Shown here: one piece after another, positions 60,894 to 64,000 of the stretch | Layout: each line of letters starts with the position of its first letter | Position numbering within the stretch: position 1 is the first letter of the stretch | Source: an uncultured Actinomycetota bacterium | Lineage (GTDB): Bacteria > Actinomycetota > Actinomycetes > Mycobacteriales > SCTD01 | Direction of reading: 5' to 3' | NCBI GenBank assembly: GCA_963760125.1 | Contig: CAVXBV010000007.1 | Span: 129,613-193,612, forward strand | Length of the DNA: 64,000 nt | Position numbers and translations under genes: made by a program | Notes under the pieces: generated by a model | What the model saw: only the letters and a program-made list of their open reading frames with translations | What the model was told of the DNA's origin: nothing | Databases searched by the model: none

Positions 60894-61142
60894 TCACGTC
60901 TGCGGGGACGAGGGCGTCGCGCTCCGTGCGGTCCGAAACGCCTTGCCGTTCAAGGACTCTCCGACGAGGGGGCCGAGGACGCAGACGTCCCCGAGCCCAG
61001 CGGCGAGTGGGACGACCCCGAGCGCGGCCAAGCCCTTGCCCTTGGCATCCCCGCGGCGCAGGCCGCCCACGAGGAGGCCGGTACCGGCGACGACGCGCAG
61101 CACCCGTCCCGCCTGGCTCCCCAGTAGGTCGACAGGGCTCAT
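60894..61142 (-). CDS. small membrane protein, DUF2892 (YgaP-like)-like
   Basis: With ATG 61142 (ATGA overlap with the upstream gene) the product is 82 aa: GRVLRVVAGTGLLVGGL...LGVVPLAAGLGDVCVLGPLVG resembles the DUF2892 pattern. Confidence 0.5.
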   Translation of the reverse strand: MSPVDLLGSQAGRVLRVVAGTGLLVGGLRRGDAKGKGLAALGVVPLAAGLGDVCVLGPLVGESLNGKAFRTARSATPSSPQT

Positions 61143-61504
61143 GCGGCCCTCCTCGTGGTGGTGTGGTTTCGCAGAACGACGTACCCACCGAGGGCGACGA
61201 CGAACAGCGACCACCACAGGGCGTCAGGTGACCGCAGCGGCCAGTCCGGCTCGAGCAGGAGCACGACGCCGATCAGCGCGAGGCACAGGAGCGCCTCGTG
61301 GATCAGCCGTCGCCCGGTTGCCGCGGCGACCGCCGACAGCAGCCCGAGCCCCACGAGGTCGCCGACGACGCCCCTGGCCAGGTAGGCGTGCTGACCCAGC
61401 GCGTAACCGGTCGAGGAGATCAGCACGGCGAGCGCGCTGGTGACCAACTCCGGCCGTGACAGCCTCGACCGGTCGGTCAGCCAGGTGCCGGAGGCCCTGT
61501 TCAT
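61139..61504 (-). CDS. integral membrane protein (unknown family)
   Basis: 121 aa with 3-4 predicted TM helices. It is translationally coupled on both sides by ATGA overlaps at 61501-61504 and 61139-61142. Confidence 0.5.
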   Translation of the reverse strand: MNRASGTWLTDRSRLSRPELVTSALAVLISSTGYALGQHAYLARGVVGDLVGLGLLSAVAAATGRRLIHEALLCLALIGVVLLLEPDWPLRSPDALWWSLFVVALGGYVVLRNHTTTRRAA

Positions 61505-63177
61505 CGAGCCGCCCGGTTGCGGCGCGCCGTACGGGCGATGCGCCGGTCGGCCAGGACGACCGAGAGAAGCAGTGCCACGCCACCCGCAGCGGCCAGAGCG
61601 AAGCAGATGATGGCCACGCTCGGGTAGCCCAGGAGCCGAGACCTGGTCGGGACCTGCATCATCAGGGCCGCCCCCACGATCAGGGCGGCGATGACCAGGC
61701 CGCTGGCCAACCGGTTGGCCAGGCGCTGCAGGACCGTCAGCAACTGCGGCTCGTCGATGGCGTCGACCTTGAGCTGGAAGCTGCCCTCACCGACGGCGTC
61801 CATCAGCTTGTTGATGCGCCCCGGCAGCTGGGCGGCGAAGTCGCGCGCTTCCATGGCCGCGCCGAGCATGCCGCCGGTCGAGGTCGACATGCGGGCCTGC
61901 AGGATCGAGGTGCTGTTGCGCCGGATCGCCTCCGCGGGGGCGAAGCTCGGATCCAGGCTCAGGGCGACCTGGTCCAGGTTGAGCAGCGCCTTGCCGACCA
62001 GGGCGACCTGCGGCGCCGGCCGGAGCTCGCACCGGGCCGCGATGCGCGTCATCTCCAGCACCACGGCACCGGCGCGCAGCTGCGAGCCCATCTCGATGCT
62101 CTGCAGCACCAGGTCCGACACCTCGGCACGGAAGCGCGGGCGGTCGAAGAGCTCACCCGGCGTCCCGAGAGCCGCGAACGCGTCGGCAGCCGCTTCGCCG
62201 TTCCCGTCGCTGACGGCCAGCAGCAGCCGCACGATGCTGTCGCGGGCCCCCGTGGACAACCGGGCGACCATGCCGAGGTCGATGAGCGCGAGCCGTCCGT
62301 CGGGGGTCAGCAGCACGTTGCCCGGGTGCGGGTCGGCGTGGAAGAACCCCTCGGCCATGATTTGCTGGAGGTACGCCGAGAACAGGTCGTCCACCAGCGG
62401 CCCGCCGTCCAGATCGGTCCTGGCCAGGGGCGTGAGATCGGTGACCTTGCGACCGGGCACGAAGTCCATGGTGAGCACCCGCCCGGTGCTGTAGTCCGCC
62501 ACGGCGCGTGGGACGACGAGCCGCGGCCAGGGGGCGACGATCCTGGCGAGGCTGGCGAGGTTGGTGGCCTCGCGGGTGTAGTCGAGCTCCGCGATCAGTG
62601 CCTTGCGGAACTGCTCGAGCAGGTCCGCGAAGCCGAAACGACGGCCCAGTTCGGTGTGGGCGTCAGCGAAGGCGGCCAGCTCGCCCAGGGCGGCCATGTC
62701 CTCGGCGATGCGCTTCCTGATCCCGGGACGCTGGACCTTGACCGCCACCTCCCGGCCGTTGCGCAGCACCGCCCGGTGGACCTGCGCGAGCGAGGCTGCT
62801 GCGAGCGGCTCCTCGTCGAAGGAGGCGAAGGCGTGGGCGAGGTCGACACCGAGCTCGTCGGTGACGATCTGCTCGACCTCGGCGAAGGCGAAGGGGGCGA
62901 CGTCGTCCTGCAGGCGGGCGAGCGCTTGGGTGTACGGCTCGGGGAGGAGGTCGACCCGCGTGGACAGCAGCTGGCCCAGCTTGATGTACGTCGGGCCGAG
63001 GGCCTCCAGGTCAGCCGCCAGCTGCGTGGCGTCCTCGCACACGGGCGCAGAGCGGTCGTCGGGGCCGATGCCGTCGAGGTCGAGGTCGGCGAGCAGGTCG
63101 GAGCGGCCGTACCGGATCAGCAGCCGGGCGATGTCGCGGTAGCGGCCCACGTGCCGGGGGTTCAGGGTCAGGGCCAT
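61501..63177 (-). CDS. ABC1/UbiB (AarF) family atypical kinase
   Basis: MALTLNPRHVGRYRDIARLLIRYGRSDLL, GPTYIKLGQLLSTR, AAASLAQVHRAVLRNGREVAVKVQRPG, FFHADPHPGNVLL and C-terminal TM helices. The 150-codon upstream extension in the track was trimmed. Confidence 0.85.
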   Translation of the reverse strand: MALTLNPRHVGRYRDIARLLIRYGRSDLLADLDLDGIGPDDRSAPVCEDATQLAADLEALGPTYIKLGQLLSTRVDLLPEPYTQALARLQDDVAPFAFAEVEQIVTDELGVDLAHAFASFDEEPLAAASLAQVHRAVLRNGREVAVKVQRPGIRKRIAEDMAALGELAAFADAHTELGRRFGFADLLEQFRKALIAELDYTREATNLASLARIVAPWPRLVVPRAVADYSTGRVLTMDFVPGRKVTDLTPLARTDLDGGPLVDDLFSAYLQQIMAEGFFHADPHPGNVLLTPDGRLALIDLGMVARLSTGARDSIVRLLLAVSDGNGEAAADAFAALGTPGELFDRPRFRAEVSDLVLQSIEMGSQLRAGAVVLEMTRIAARCELRPAPQVALVGKALLNLDQVALSLDPSFAPAEAIRRNSTSILQARMSTSTGGMLGAAMEARDFAAQLPGRINKLMDAVGEGSFQLKVDAIDEPQLLTVLQRLANRLASGLVIAALIVGAALMMQVPTRSRLLGYPSVAIICFALAAAGGVALLLSVVLADRRIARTARRNRAAR

Positions 63178-63266
63178 CAGCGTCTCCCTCGAAGGCGCAC
63201 AGCGAAGCGGTTGAGAGCCCCCTTCCCCCACTGCGGGTCGGCACGCCTGCCGCGCCCCTCCGCTCG

Positions 63267-63764
63267 CTAGCCGGGACCGGTCTCGCTGTCGGTGGGGAGA
63301 CGGAGCAGTTCTCGGGCCACCGCGCTGCCGTCGAGGACGCGCGAGGTGCGGCGCACCACCTTCCAGTTTCGCCCGTGGCGTGCCAGCTCCCAGCGGTGGG
63401 CCGTGGCGCGCGCGACGCGGTAGCCCCGGTCGCTCAGCACGACCAGCTGCGAATGACCCACGGCGACGGCAGTGTCGCCGTCGACCGTCACGTGGGGGGC
63501 GGTCAGCAGATGGGCGCACCCGCGGGCGAGCAGGCCCCGGTGCGCGTCGGAGGCCACCATGGCGCCGATGCCCTCGTGTCCGTCGTACACGCCGGTGTCG
63601 ACGTCGTACACCCCGGTCGGCTCCCACAGCGCCGCCACGCTGTCGGGCTCGCCGAGGTCGATCAGCGGCCCGTACGACGTCACGACGCGTACGACGGCCA
63701 GCTCGTCCTCGACGGCACGCAGGCGGGTCTCCAACGCGGAGAGCCGCTCGTCGGTGGTGCTCAT
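63267..63764 (-). CDS. NTF2-like (SnoaL-type) family protein
   Basis: 165 aa. The N-terminal helix RLSALETRLRAVEDELAVVRV and the fold-typical pattern ...HLLTAPHVTVDGDTAV... are present. ATGA overlap with the upstream gene. Confidence 0.65.
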   Translation of the reverse strand: MSTTDERLSALETRLRAVEDELAVVRVVTSYGPLIDLGEPDSVAALWEPTGVYDVDTGVYDGHEGIGAMVASDAHRGLLARGCAHLLTAPHVTVDGDTAVAVGHSQLVVLSDRGYRVARATAHRWELARHGRNWKVVRRTSRVLDGSAVARELLRLPTDSETGPG

Positions 63765-64000
63765 GCGACCAGCCTGCCCAAGGCCCCCACCTGCTCGACG
63801 AGGTGGTCGGCGGACGTGCTCGTCAGGGAGGCGGTGACGCGGGTGGCGCCGGCCTGCTGGAGCCGGTCGAGCCGCGTGCGGGTCCCGTCGGCATCGCCGA
63901 GCGGATCGAGCGGCCCGCTGCCCAGGACCACCTCGAAGCCTGCGGGCAGGGCTTGCGCGGCGAGCAGGTCACCGACCTCGCTCAGGCGCAGGCCGAACGG
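63761..64000 (-). CDS. 3' end of a gene running off the window (possibly a luciferase-like/LLM-class oxidoreductase)
   Basis: My hand translation of the minus strand gives ...PFGLRLSEVGDLLAAQALPAGFEVVLGSGPLDPLGDADGTRTRLDRLQQAGATRVTASL...GRLVA*. GC3 is high. The family assignment is weak. Confidence 0.35.
   Translation of the reverse strand, partial: PFGLRLSEVGDLLAAQALPAGFEVVLGSGPLDPLGDADGTRTRLDRLQQAGATRVTASLTSTSADHLVEQVGALGRLVA

Overview
The window is high-GC (roughly 70% or more by eye) Actinomycetota chromosomal backbone, almost entirely coding, with about 65 genes. All function calls were made by eye from sequence motifs in the supplied translations and from hand-checked start and stop positions. 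No database search was possible.

Gene order:
- malQ (5' partial), a small membrane protein plus DUF5130, pepN, DUF429, rpiB, nei, a PP2C phosphatase and aat.
- tRNA-Gly, a ZIP transporter and tRNA-Pro.
- tig, clpP1, clpP2, clpX, a thioesterase, valS, folC and ndk.
- mreB, mreC, mreD, pbp2 and rodA.
- A repeat-flanked nuclease-like gene.
- The TIGR03960/TIGR03936 radical-SAM pair, rne, rplU, rpmA, obg, proB and proA.
- A Rieske protein, an oxidoreductase, a VOC protein, a MoxR/VWA pair and a Tat-secreted protein.
- An ECF sigma factor with DUF4349, then nadD, an LCP protein, rsfS, a histidine phosphatase and tRNA-Ala.
- A TetR-regulated oxidoreductase cluster (BVMO, ADHs, SDRs, ALDH), an LPXTG protein, a CocE/NonD hydrolase and a minus-strand ABC1-kinase operon.

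From memory, the core order mirrors the mycobacterial pepN..rsfS region, with an mre/rodA block added. Many adjacent genes are joined by ATGA, GTGA or TGATG start/stop overlaps, which supports the operon calls. I recognised no rRNA, CRISPR array, transposase or integrase.

Most notable observations:
1. A 1.17-kb unit in which a Vsr/DUF559-like nuclease gene is bracketed by two 51-bp direct repeats (48/51 identical). Each repeat contains nested palindromes. The unit sits next to a 32-bp tandem repeat array and interrupts the conserved rodA / radical-SAM-rne junction.
2. An apparent 1-nt frame break in a C-run inside a 15-bp (ATTTP) tandem repeat at the 5' end of rne.
3. Several conserved modules of unknown function: the radical-SAM pair coupled to rne, the ABC1 kinase with two small membrane proteins, and the ECF sigma/DUF4349/Tat-secreted protein group.

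The many long antisense ORFs in the track are treated as GC-driven shadow ORFs.
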